Assembly (NCBI GenBank): GCA_963705725.1
Contig: CAVPKM010000013.1
Span: 64,001-128,000, forward strand
Length of the DNA stretch: 64,000 bases
Origin: an uncultured Gammaproteobacteria bacterium
GTDB taxonomy: Bacteria > Pseudomonadota > Gammaproteobacteria > UBA6002
Direction: 5' to 3'
Positions 10,836-20,371 of the stretch are shown piece by piece. The notes under the pieces were generated by a model that saw only the letters and a list, made by a program, of their open reading frames with translations, was not told the DNA's origin and searched no databases. The position numbers and the translations under genes were made by a program. How positions within the stretch are numbered: the stretch's first letter is position 1; the number at the start of each line of letters is the position of its first letter.

Positions 10836-10837
10836 GT
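10805..10837. repeat. Perfect 33-bp palindrome
   Basis: ACTATGAGCTTTAAAT-G-ATTTAAAGCTCATAGT; second copy with a 29-bp core at 12064-12092. Confidence 0.92.
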
Positions 10838-10860
10838 AGATGTTATTTTGACTTCAACCC

Positions 10861-10977
10861 ATGCGTGAATTCCTTGATGATCGTGAAGATTATTTGCTTG
10901 GTATTGCTGCGTTAGAAAAAAAAGAAGGCACTATTAGCCTCAAAGAATTGAAGAAAGATCTTGGCGTGGAAGATTGA
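10861..10977 (+). pseudogene. 5'-truncated RelB-like antitoxin (C-terminal half only)
   Basis: [38 protein letters not shown] overlaps the toxin start; no N-terminal ribbon-helix-helix region. Confidence 0.75.
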
Positions 10978-11305
10978 ATTTAGAAAATCTGCGGCAAAAG
11001 AACTCATGAAGCTCGATAAGCAAACCCAGAAACGCATTATTTCTTTTCTTGAGGAAAAGCTAGAAGGTGCTATTAATCCAGGGATGGAAGGGAAAGCATT
11101 GAAAGGGAACGGAACAGAATTATGGCGTTATCGTGTTGGTGATTATCGATTGATATGCCAGATTAACGATATGATAGTAACCGTATTAGTCGTTAGTATT
11201 GGGCATCGTAAAGAAATTTATCATCGTCTGAATAACCAATCTAAATCCTTGGCTATCACTAGACGAGCTACTCGAAGAATTTATAAAAAAAATGAACGAG
11301 CCTAG
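10961..11305 (+). CDS. RelE/ParE family type II toxin
   Basis: [26 protein letters not shown]...GKALKG...[13 protein letters not shown]...[13 protein letters not shown], followed by an atypical extension. Confidence 0.92.
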   Translation: MAWKIEFRKSAAKELMKLDKQTQKRIISFLEEKLEGAINPGMEGKALKGNGTELWRYRVGDYRLICQINDMIVTVLVVSIGHRKEIYHRLNNQSKSLAITRRATRRIYKKNERA

Positions 11306-11599
11306 GTATATTTCTGAACTTACTGGCACCTCTTGACTGATCCAATCTTTATCGTAGGCTCTTCTGATCCTGTTAAGCGTCATTTTATACAGGAAGTCAT
11401 TGCTTAATTCAAACCTGTTGATAAAGGTCATTCTCCTAGTCACAACCACATCATTAATCTATCAGGTTCGCTCCGCTCACGTTTCGCGCCTAATAACTTA
11501 GGCTGCACTCGTGAAGCTTTCAAAGAGGTGCTTATGGCCTTTGGCCACAAAACTCATTGCAAAGCCATGTGTAAGGAAAATTTGTAAAAAAGACGGTCA

Positions 11600-11632
11600 G
11601 CTAAGGTAAATTTAAGCTTTAGCCTTTAAACT
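11600..11632 (+). promoter_or_regulatory. PmrA-like box plus -10 element
   Basis: gcTAA-gg-Ta-aa-tTTAA, 11 nt, TAAACT. Confidence 0.55.
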
Positions 11633-11663
11633 TGAACTGTAACTTAAATTTTGAGGTGTTTTT

Positions 11664-12014
11664 ATGCAGAATAACGAAGAAATGAATGAAGATCGTCCAT
11701 TGACTGGAGAAATTGAATCCAGTTGTTTTCAAAGCGTAGCAAGCATTGTTGCGCAATTAACCTGTGGAGGAATTACGGGAAGTTGTGGGGGGCTATTCGG
11801 GTTAATGATTAGTGAATCCACCCTTCCACTAGGAACAGTTTTAGGATCTGGCGCAGGAGTTGGTTGTGGAGTGACAGCAACAATGCTTTTAGGGTCATAT
11901 TGTTATAAAAATCCTCCTTCTTGCGCATTTTTCAAATCTGAAACTCCCTCTGATTCTTCTAAGCAAGAAGAAGATATTTTCAATCCTGTATTTGTTCCAG
12001 GACAAGACCTATAA
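11664..12014 (+). CDS. Small Gly-rich hairpin membrane protein, paralog B (candidate effector)
   Basis: RBS GAGGTG; same architecture as paralog A with tail YKNPPSCAFFKSETPS...EEDIFNPVFVPGQDL. Confidence 0.75.
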   Translation: MQNNEEMNEDRPLTGEIESSCFQSVASIVAQLTCGGITGSCGGLFGLMISESTLPLGTVLGSGAGVGCGVTATMLLGSYCYKNPPSCAFFKSETPSDSSKQEEDIFNPVFVPGQDL

Positions 12015-12092
12015 AGTTGATTTTTATTTCCCTTCGATAAGAAGTCAAGATGTAGAAAAAAACTATGAGCTTTAAATGATTTAAAGCTCATA
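11907..12092 (+). repeat. Direct repeat copy 2
   Basis: Matches 10656-10835 including the palindrome. Confidence 0.93.
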
Positions 12093-12165
12093 ATTCAAGC
12101 GGTTTTTTGACATTCGTCCCCAAGATATTAATATATGTAATACCTTTTAATACTATAAGCACTAA

Positions 12166-13262
12166 ATGAACGATTGGCATTTTGCTCGCCCAGAGCTGGC
12201 AAAAAAATACCTCGATATGTTTAAGTTGGGGCTAACTTCAGCTAGAGGATTATTTGCTAGACGTCGAATGGGCAAAACGGAATTTCTAAAAAAAGACTTT
12301 ATCCCTGTAGCCAGTGAAGCAGGTTTCCTTGCCGTCTATATTAACTTATGGAATTTAGAAAGCGCTCCTGCTACAACTATTATCTACGAGATGTATAAAG
12401 CAATTGAACCAAAGGGTTTAAATAGATCTGGTCAAATCTGCAAGTACCCATCAAAAAAATAAAAGCATCGAGTAAAATTTCGGTGCTAGGCGAAGCTTCA
12501 ATAGAAGCAGATTTAGCGAGCAACAATAGAGTAATGGGTACACTCCTCATGGAAGCAATGGCTTCCTTTGACAAAATGAAAATGAAATTGATGCTGATCA
12601 TCGACGAAGCGCAAGTTTGCTTATGAAGAAAATTCTGAATTCGCACATGCATTACGTGCTGAACTTGATATAAGGAAAGAGCGTATTAAAGTTGTTTTTG
12701 CAGGAAGCTCTGAAGCAACACTACGCAAAATGTTTAGTGTTTCCTCTGAACCTTTTTACAATTGGGCGCCTTTAGAACCCTTTGCATTGCTTGGCAAAGA
12801 ATTTGTTGCAGCGATGGTGTTACAAGTCAATGCGATTTCTAAATATCCATTGCCATTGGAATATGCGTTGGAAGCGTTTTTTCAACTTAAAAATACACCT
12901 GAATTTTTCCGAAGATATATTGAGCAATATATTGTCAACCCCCAACAAGGCCATCTAGAAGCCTTAACAGTAACTAAATTGAAGTATTTAGTGGTGAGGG
13001 CTTCAAACGGCAATGGGAAGCGTTGCTACCTGCTGACCAGCTGATGCTCTCTATGATTGCAAACAACGTCTCTGATTTGTACGGAAAATCAACTATGCAA
13101 CGCTTGGGCAAAGAGCTGGGAATAGGTGATAGTGTTAGTAAGAACACAATACACAATTCGTTACGTCGATTAAGTAGCAAGAATATTCTAACTAAGATTG
13201 AATACGGCACTTACCAATTCGAAGATGAGGCTTTTTCCGACTGGGTAAAATTTCGAAAGTAG
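12166..13262 (+). pseudogene. P-loop ATPase with C-terminal winged-helix region, multiply frameshifted
   Basis: Walker A FARRRMGKT (12166-12462), Walker B LMLIIDEAQV in another frame near 12590-12615, VFAGSS, and C-terminal TIHNSLRRLSSKNIL...GTYQFEDEAFSDWV. Confidence 0.8.
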
Positions 13263-13576
13263 AATCACTGACAACATGAATCTAAGACATCATAAATGAT
13301 ATTTTTTTGTTGCATTTGATTCCTTCGCCAGACGATTTATTAGCTATGCAGCAAGCGGCTGAAGCTCAGACATTTGAAGCGCAACAACCTCAACTACCCT
13401 ATCCCTATATAGCTGAGCAAATTTGCTTTTGAGCCCATGACGGTCTTTTTCTCTGCCAGTTACTTTGGGTAACTGGAGGCTTTCTTCAAATTAAGGATAT
13501 TTTCACCCACGAGGACACCCACCCTCAGAGTTGAACCCTCGCGTCTAACCTAAAATTCATTCACAAAGGGTGATAG

Positions 13577-13771
13577 CTACTGATTATTTGTTGCTAAAAA
13601 AAGAATGATCAAATTAAGATGGGTTTCGGGAAGTGGGGAAATTCCTTTTCGTATTCTCGATAAGGTTCTTGTGCTTACTGCAATTTTTTCTGCAATTTGT
13701 TTTAAGGTTAACTTGTTTTCCGCCATTAAGTGATTCACGATTTCTCTTGCTGTGCCAGGAACTTTTTTCAT
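13577..13771 (-). CDS. Small XRE-type helix-turn-helix protein
   Basis: LTLKQIAEKIAVSTRTLSRIRKG. Confidence 0.75.
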   Translation of the reverse strand: MKKVPGTAREIVNHLMAENKLTLKQIAEKIAVSTRTLSRIRKGISPLPETHLNLIILFLATNNQ

Positions 13772-14010
13772 ACCAATCTCTCTCGTATATACCAATTAAA
13801 AGTAAATAAATATAATATTTGATTAAATCTACCAAATTAATTATCAATTCTAAATAGCCAGAAAACGGTAGTTTCTGTGAGACCTCGCTTACATGCTGAC
13901 ACTTTTTTAAGCGAGCGTTCATCTCTTCTCTCCGAGAGGCTTTTTTGTGGTGGACACGAAATGATGAAAATTGAGTAGTTGCTTTCATTTTTAGCAGGCG
14001 GGTGTCATAA

Positions 14011-14036
14011 TGTGGAATATTGTGGTAAAAAGTGGG
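14011..14036 (+). promoter_or_regulatory. MraZ binding boxes
   Basis: Three GTGG repeats at 10-nt period (tGTGGaatat-tGTGGtaaaa-aGTGGg) immediately upstream of mraZ. Confidence 0.8.
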
Positions 14037-14056
14037 ATAGTTATTTGACACAGGCC

Positions 14057-14509
14057 ATGTTTAGAGGCATTGCGACGATAAATCTCGACCCGAAAGGAAG
14101 AATGGCAATTCCTTCGCGGTATTACGTCAAGCTAGAAGAAGCAGAAAATGAATTAATCGTCACCATCGATACTCAAGATCCCTGCTTGTTGCTATATCCA
14201 TTATATGAGTGGGAGATTTTGGAGAAAAAAATTGAGGCTTTGCCTTCTTTTAATAAAGAAGCGAGAAGAGTTCAGCGTTTATTGATTGGTCATGCTACCA
14301 AGCTAGAGTTGGATAAATATAAAAGAATATTAATTCCTTCAGAATTAAGAGAATTTGCTGGATTGGAAAAAACAGTCATTTTAGTTGGACAAGGCAAGAA
14401 ATTTGAAATTTGGTCAGAGAGTCAATGGCAATCAAGTCGTGAGAATTGGCTCAAAAACAAAGAATTCGATAATAGTTTGTCTAATGATTTATTGAATATC
14501 TCATTATGA
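14057..14509 (+). CDS. mraZ: Division/cell wall cluster transcriptional repressor MraZ
   Basis: MFRGIATINLDPKGRMAIPSRY; RRVQRLLIGHA; start moved to ATG 14057. Confidence 0.96.
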   Translation: MFRGIATINLDPKGRMAIPSRYYVKLEEAENELIVTIDTQDPCLLLYPLYEWEILEKKIEALPSFNKEARRVQRLLIGHATKLELDKYKRILIPSELREFAGLEKTVILVGQGKKFEIWSESQWQSSRENWLKNKEFDNSLSNDLLNISL

Positions 14510-15437
14510 ATCAGCAGGATGAGCATCAGCCAGTTTTGTTACAAGAAGTGCTCAATTACTTAGATATTAAGCCAGAAGGTAACTATATAGATGCGACCTA
14601 TGGTAGGGGAGGGCATGCTGGGGCCATATTGCATGAACTCAATTCACGAGGTTTTTTGCTAGCCATCGATAAAGATCCTAGTGCAGTTGCCTTTGCTCGG
14701 CAACAGATTAATGCCGAGAATTTTATCATCAAGCAGGGGTCTTTTAATCAGCTAGCGGAATTTGTTGATGAATTGGACCTGAAGAACAAAATAAATGGCA
14801 TTTTATTGGATTTAGGTGTTTCTTCGCCCCAGTTAGATTTGCCTGCAAGGGGTTTTAGCTTCTTGCGTGATGGACCCTTAGATATGCGCATGAACCCAGA
14901 GCAAGGGGAAAGCGCAGCTGCATTTATTGATCATGCCGATGAAAAACAGATAGCTTGGGTATTAAAAGAGTACGGAGAAGAACGATTTGCTAAAAGAATT
15001 GCAAAAGCCATTGTTCATGCTCGATCCAGTGAGGCGATTACACGAACAAAGCAACTAGCAAGCATTATTGCCGATGCTCATCCTGCATGGGAGAAGCATA
15101 AGCATCCAGCAACGCGTTCATTTCAAGCGATACGAATTTATATTAATGATGAATTGCAAGAATTAACAGCGTGTCTAGAGCAGGCTTACGATGCACTTGC
15201 AAACGGTGGGCGTTTGGCGGTGATTAGTTTTCACTCATTAGAAGATAGAATTGTGAAAAAATTTATACAAGAAAAACAGCAAGGCAATTTTTTTCCGAGA
15301 GGGTTGCCTGTCACACATGATAAATTGGTTTCTAAAATGAAGCGCATTGCTTGGGGTGTTCGAGCAAATCCCTAGAAGTGGCAAACAATCCTCGTTCAAG
15401 AAGTGCAATTTTACGAGTTGCGGAGAAAATATTGTGA
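14506..15437 (+). CDS. rsmH: 16S rRNA (cytosine1402-N4)-methyltransferase, apparent frameshift near 15370
   Basis: HQPVLLQE, DATYGRGGH, LDLGVSSPQLD, SFHSLEDR; the C-terminal NPRSRSAILRVAEK lies in another frame. Confidence 0.95.
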
Positions 15438-15776
15438 ATACAGCGATACGTGTTGAAACTCCTGGTCGTTATCATCAAGCATTAAACTTGCCGCAAATCA
15501 AACGGCCCATCTTGGTTAATTTCATTCTGCTAGCGACAGTGCTTATCTCTGCGTTTGCCTTAATTTACATTAAAGATTTAAACCGACGGTTATTTATTCA
15601 GCATCAAGCTTTGGAAGCAGCGCATGATAAACTCTATGAAAATTGGGAAAATTTATTATTAGAGCAAAGTACATTGGTCCAGACAAGCTCGCGTTAAAAA
15701 GATTGCAGAACAAAAGCTAGGGATGAGCTTGCCAACGACAAATAATTTGGCGGTATTAAAAACTGCTGCAAATTAG
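15434..15776 (+). CDS. ftsL: Cell division protein FtsL, apparent frameshift near 15675
   Basis: Single TM segment then coiled coil ...WENLLLEQST; RVKKIAEQKLGMSLP in a shifted frame; position between rsmH and ftsI. Confidence 0.88.
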
Positions 15777-15825
15777 CCTTAGTTAAGGATAGTGGTGAAA
15801 AGCAGCGTATGGCTGATTAATAAAT

Positions 15826-17502
15826 ATGGTAAATAAAGCAACTACTTACTGGCGATATTATTTTGTGCTTATCGGGTTATTTCTGGGTGGGTTATTGTTA
15901 CTTTGGCGAATGATTGATTTAAATTTTTTGCAGCGGTCATTTTTGTTGCAACAAAGTAATGCCAGAATACTGAGAACCCTCAACATTCCTGCTTATCGAG
16001 GAATGATTACCGATCGTTTTCAGCAACCACTAGCCATTAGTGCACAAGTCGATTCTATCTGGATAAATCCACAACTATTTGAACCCACCCCTTTGCAAGT
16101 CTTAAAACTTTCGCGCTTATTAAAAATGCCCGTGTCTAAAATTTATGATAAAACCTCAAAACGTTCAGCTAAAGAATTTCTTTATTTAAAAAGAGGAGTC
16201 TCGCCAGCGATCAGCCAGAAAGTCAATTCGTTGATGATTCCAGGATTATTTTCTCAACATAATTATCATCGTTTCTATCCGCAAAGTGAGGTGGTGGCTC
16301 ATATCATTGGTTTCACGAATATTGATGATCAAGGACAGGAAGGTTTGGAGTTGGCCTATGACAGTTGGTTAAGAGGTATTCCTGGCAAAAGAAAAGTATT
16401 CAAGGATAGGCTTGGGCACATAATTACGGATTTGGGTATTATTCAGCAGCCAAAACAGGGGCATAACCTTGTATTAAGTATTGATAACCGTGTTCAATAT
16501 CTCGCTTATGAAGAATTGAAGGAAAGCATTAAAACATTTAATGCTAAGTCTGGTTCCATTATTGTGCTTGACACTCAAACAGGTGAAGTGTTAGCCATGG
16601 TGAATCATCCTTCTTATAATCCAAATCGTATAGAAAATAACACAGATGGTCGATATCGTAATCGAGCTGTGACAGACGTCTTCGAGCCAGGTTCAACGCT
16701 TAAAGCGTTCAGTGTGGCCAATGCTTTAGAATCCGGCATTTATTCTCCCAATACTCAGATTGATACTAATCCAGGATGGTTGAATGTAGTCGGTAGCTCA
16801 ACCCCAATTCGAGATGAAAATAATAATGGCATCATCAGTGTGGTGCGAGTTTTACAAAAATCCAGTGATGTGGGTGTGGCTAAAATGACCTTCTCCCTTC
16901 CTCCGGATCGTTTGGCTGAAATGTTGCATCGCGTTGGTTTTGGAGAGCGCACGAGCACGATGTTCCCTGGAGAAGCTTCTGGAACATTGGCATATCGTAC
17001 CAAGTGGCGACCGATTGAGCTTGCAACGCTTGCCTTTGGTTATGGCATTTCAGTGACAACCGTGCAGCTTGCCCAAGCCTATTCAATTATTGCTGAAAAT
17101 GGCATCCAAAAGCCCGTATCTTTATTGAGAGTTGATAAAACAATTGCCGGCAAGCGAGTATTGTCAAAAAAGATAGCAAATCAAATGCTATTAATGCTAG
17201 AGGCCGTAGTACAAGGCGGCACGGGGTCGTTGGCTAAAGTTGCAGGATATCGAGTGGCGGGCAAAACGGGTACCGCTTATATAGCAACGAAGGGGGGGTA
17301 TGATAAACAACGCTATGTTTCTTCATTTGTCGGTATTGCGCCTGTCACTCGACCGCGCTTGGTTGTCGCTGTGATTATTCGAGAACCGCATGGACAGAAA
17401 CATTTAGGTGGTTTGGTTGCTGCGCCGACTTTTTCAAAAGTGATGTCGGGGGCGCTTCGATTGCTGAATATTCCTCCTGATGATTTGGCGGTAGAAGATT
17501 GA
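15826..17502 (+). CDS. ftsI: Peptidoglycan D,D-transpeptidase FtsI (PBP3)
   Basis: RGMITDR, FEPGSTLK (SxxK), KSSDVG, GKTGTA. Confidence 0.96.
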   Translation: MVNKATTYWRYYFVLIGLFLGGLLLLWRMIDLNFLQRSFLLQQSNARILRTLNIPAYRGMITDRFQQPLAISAQVDSIWINPQLFEPTPLQVLKLSRLLKMPVSKIYDKTSKRSAKEFLYLKRGVSPAISQKVNSLMIPGLFSQHNYHRFYPQSEVVAHIIGFTNIDDQGQEGLELAYDSWLRGIPGKRKVFKDRLGHIITDLGIIQQPKQGHNLVLSIDNRVQYLAYEELKESIKTFNAKSGSIIVLDTQTGEVLAMVNHPSYNPNRIENNTDGRYRNRAVTDVFEPGSTLKAFSVANALESGIYSPNTQIDTNPGWLNVVGSSTPIRDENNNGIISVVRVLQKSSDVGVAKMTFSLPPDRLAEMLHRVGFGERTSTMFPGEASGTLAYRTKWRPIELATLAFGYGISVTTVQLAQAYSIIAENGIQKPVSLLRVDKTIAGKRVLSKKIANQMLLMLEAVVQGGTGSLAKVAGYRVAGKTGTAYIATKGGYDKQRYVSSFVGIAPVTRPRLVVAVIIREPHGQKHLGGLVAAPTFSKVMSGALRLLNIPPDDLAVED

Positions 17503-17527
17503 TAATAATTCGCATTGAGCAGAACAA

Positions 17528-19015
17528 ATGAAAAAAACATTGAAAATCAGCGAGCTATGTCAAGGGTTGGCGGTTGTTTCAGAAAAAGAAGACCGAGAGA
17601 TAACTGGAATTGGTTCCGATAGTAGAGAAATCCAGCCAGGTGGATGTTTTGTTGCCTTGCCTGGATTAAATCAAGATGGTAGTCATTTCATTATGGATGC
17701 CATCCAAAGAGGAGCAGCAGCGGTTTTAATAGATGACGGAATACCTGCTTTGCAAGGAATATCTGTACCGCTTATCCGGATTTCAAGGTTAACAGAAAAA
17801 GTGGGTGAAATTGCATCGCGTTATTATGATCATCCCAGTGAAAAAATTTCGCTAATTGGGGTTACCGGTACGAATGGAAAAACTTCGACCACGCAATTTA
17901 TTGCGCAAGCAATGATGCAGCATGCTATGCCATGTGCAGTAATGGGCACCTTAGGTTATGGTTTCCCGAACCAGTTAACTCCTTCCTCCCACACGACTTC
18001 CACGAGTTTTGCATTATATCGTCAGCTAGCCGAGCTTGCTCAACAGGGCGCAAAAACGATTGCGATGGAGGTATCTTCTCATGCAATTGATCAAAAAAGA
18101 ATTGCTGGGTTAACTTTTGACAGCGCTATTTTTACCAATTTATCTCAAGATCATCTTGATTATCATTTAACCATGGAAAATTATGGTGCAGTCAAAAGGC
18201 AGTTGTTTTATACCCGAGGATTGAAGCAAGCCATCATCAACCTAGATGATAATTTTGGATTTTACTTGGCTAAGGAACTTCAAGATATTTTGCCTGTATA
18301 CGGTTATGGTTTAAAACATCATGAGATAAATATCCCCTCTGTCTTGGTCAAACGCGCTTATTTTAACGGTAAAGGAATGGCTGCTCAAATTTCTTCACCA
18401 TGGGGAGAGGGTCAACTGCGATCTCGACTGCTAGGTAGATTTAATTTAAGCAATTTGCTTGCTGTAATTACTGCATTACAGTTACAAGGAGTAGATTTTC
18501 ACCAGGCATTAAAATATGTAGATCAATTACAAACGGTACCCGGAAGAATGCAGGTATTAGGTGGGGGTAAGTTACCTTTAGTAGTGGTAGATTATGCTCA
18601 TACGCCCGATGCCTTACTGCAAGTTTTGCTTGCGCTTAGGGAGCATGCGCATGGAGCATTATGGTGTATATTTGGTTGTGGTGGCGATAGGGATAAGGGT
18701 AAAAGACCGATTATGGGACAAATTGCAGAAAGATATTCTGATCATCTTATTATTACAGATGATAATCCACGAACAGAGCATGCTGGGGAGATCGTGAACG
18801 ATATTATGAACGGTTTACTTTGCCCCTGGGCGGTGGAAATTGAGCATGATCGCGGCGCCGCGATTGCTCACGCGATTAATTGTGCTAGTCCAGGAGATGT
18901 GGTGCTAGTTGCAGGAAAAGGTCATGAGGAATATCAAATTATTGGTCAGGAAAAAATACCGTTTAGTGATGTTTCGCATATACAATCGCAATTACGTTTA
19001 AAGCAGAAGATGTGA
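17528..19015 (+). CDS. murE: UDP-MurNAc-tripeptide synthetase (meso-DAP ligase)
   Basis: GVTGTNGKTST, MEVSSH, DYAHTPDAL, DNPR, AGKGHE. Confidence 0.97.
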   Translation: MKKTLKISELCQGLAVVSEKEDREITGIGSDSREIQPGGCFVALPGLNQDGSHFIMDAIQRGAAAVLIDDGIPALQGISVPLIRISRLTEKVGEIASRYYDHPSEKISLIGVTGTNGKTSTTQFIAQAMMQHAMPCAVMGTLGYGFPNQLTPSSHTTSTSFALYRQLAELAQQGAKTIAMEVSSHAIDQKRIAGLTFDSAIFTNLSQDHLDYHLTMENYGAVKRQLFYTRGLKQAIINLDDNFGFYLAKELQDILPVYGYGLKHHEINIPSVLVKRAYFNGKGMAAQISSPWGEGQLRSRLLGRFNLSNLLAVITALQLQGVDFHQALKYVDQLQTVPGRMQVLGGGKLPLVVVDYAHTPDALLQVLLALREHAHGALWCIFGCGGDRDKGKRPIMGQIAERYSDHLIITDDNPRTEHAGEIVNDIMNGLLCPWAVEIEHDRGAAIAHAINCASPGDVVLVAGKGHEEYQIIGQEKIPFSDVSHIQSQLRLKQKM

Positions 19016-19017
19016 GG

Positions 19018-20370
19018 ATGAAAATGAACCTTCAATTAAGTGAGTTGGCAGAGATTGTAGGTGGAGAATTGCTGGGTGAGAATCAAATTATCACTTCACT
19101 TTCAACCAATACGCGAGAATTAACAGCAGGACAGCTCTTTATCGCGCTAAAAGGTGCACAGTTTGATGGGCATGACTTTTTGCAGTCTGCCTATGAAAAA
19201 AAAGCCGCAGGGGTAATTATTTCGAAGAGACAGTCATTGCCCATTCCAAGTATTACCGTTGAAGACACCAAGCTAGCCTTAGGTAAAATAGCTGCATTTC
19301 ATCGACAACAATTTCCAATTCCGGTCATCGCGATAACCGGCAGTTGTGGTAAAACCACCACGACGGCTATATTGGCAACTATCCTAAATTGTATGGCCCC
19401 AACCCTGGCTCCAATAAAATCATTCAATAATGATATTGGTGTGCCACTCACGCTTTTGCAGTTAACTTCCAAACATCGCTATGCGGTAATTGAAATGGGA
19501 GCAAACCATCCTGGTGAAATTGCATACCTAAGCCGCCTGGCTGGTCAACAGTTTTCTATCATTACAAACGTGGCGCCTGCTCATCTTGATGGCTTTAAAA
19601 CTTTAGCAGGAGTGGCAAGTGCAAAGGGAGAAATTTTTGAGGCTTTAGCTGACGAGGGTATGGCTGTTATTAATGCAGATGATCAGTTTGCAGACTATTG
19701 GCGAAAATTAATCAAAAATAAAAAAATGATCACTTTTGGAATTAAAAAAACTGCAGATGTTTATGCCAAGAACATTGGTTTAACAGAAACAGGAAATCCA
19801 CAATTCGAGTTGTTTTCTCCTCATGGCAAATGTGAAATTAGGCTTCCTTTACTCGGGGAGCATAATGTAAAGAACGCACTTGCGGCGATAGCTGCGGCCA
19901 TTGCCGTAGGAGCAACAAAAGAGGCGATTCAACAAGGATTGGCCAGTGTTCAACCGGTTAGCAGCCGACTCAACAATTATAAAGGTTTGGCTGGAGCGGT
20001 GGTGATTGATGATACTTATAATGCCAATCCTTTATCTGTTGAGGCGGCATTACAAACCCTTGCTCATCGCAAGGGGGAGAGATTTTTCATTTTTGGCGAC
20101 ATGGCAGGGCTTGGCCAGGATGAAGCGGATTTTCATCGCGAAATTGGTTTACTCGCTAAGCGTTTAGGTATTGATAAATTATTGGCATGTGGCAAGCTCT
20201 CCGAGCTAGCTGTCAATCAATTTGGAAAAAACGGTTATCATTTTGAGAGTCAAGCAAGTTTGATCGAAACCTTGAAATCACAATTGCATGACGATGCTAT
20301 CGTGCTCGTTAAAGGATCGCGTTCATCACAAATGGAAAACATCGTACAAGCTATTATCCAGGAAAAATAA
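19018..20370 (+). CDS. murF: UDP-MurNAc-pentapeptide synthetase
   Basis: [43 protein letters not shown]. Confidence 0.97.
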   Translation: MKMNLQLSELAEIVGGELLGENQIITSLSTNTRELTAGQLFIALKGAQFDGHDFLQSAYEKKAAGVIISKRQSLPIPSITVEDTKLALGKIAAFHRQQFPIPVIAITGSCGKTTTTAILATILNCMAPTLAPIKSFNNDIGVPLTLLQLTSKHRYAVIEMGANHPGEIAYLSRLAGQQFSIITNVAPAHLDGFKTLAGVASAKGEIFEALADEGMAVINADDQFADYWRKLIKNKKMITFGIKKTADVYAKNIGLTETGNPQFELFSPHGKCEIRLPLLGEHNVKNALAAIAAAIAVGATKEAIQQGLASVQPVSSRLNNYKGLAGAVVIDDTYNANPLSVEAALQTLAHRKGERFFIFGDMAGLGQDEADFHREIGLLAKRLGIDKLLACGKLSELAVNQFGKNGYHFESQASLIETLKSQLHDDAIVLVKGSRSSQMENIVQAIIQEK

Positions 20371-20371
20371 A

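Noticed and set aside
10656-12092. Direct repeats considered as integron attC cassettes or CRISPR repeats
   Set aside because: Only two copies, each includes coding sequence, no attC core sites, and no integrase or cas genes
13614-14051. 145-aa minus-strand ORF
   Set aside because: Overlaps the HTH gene in another frame and the mraZ promoter; no recognisable motifs
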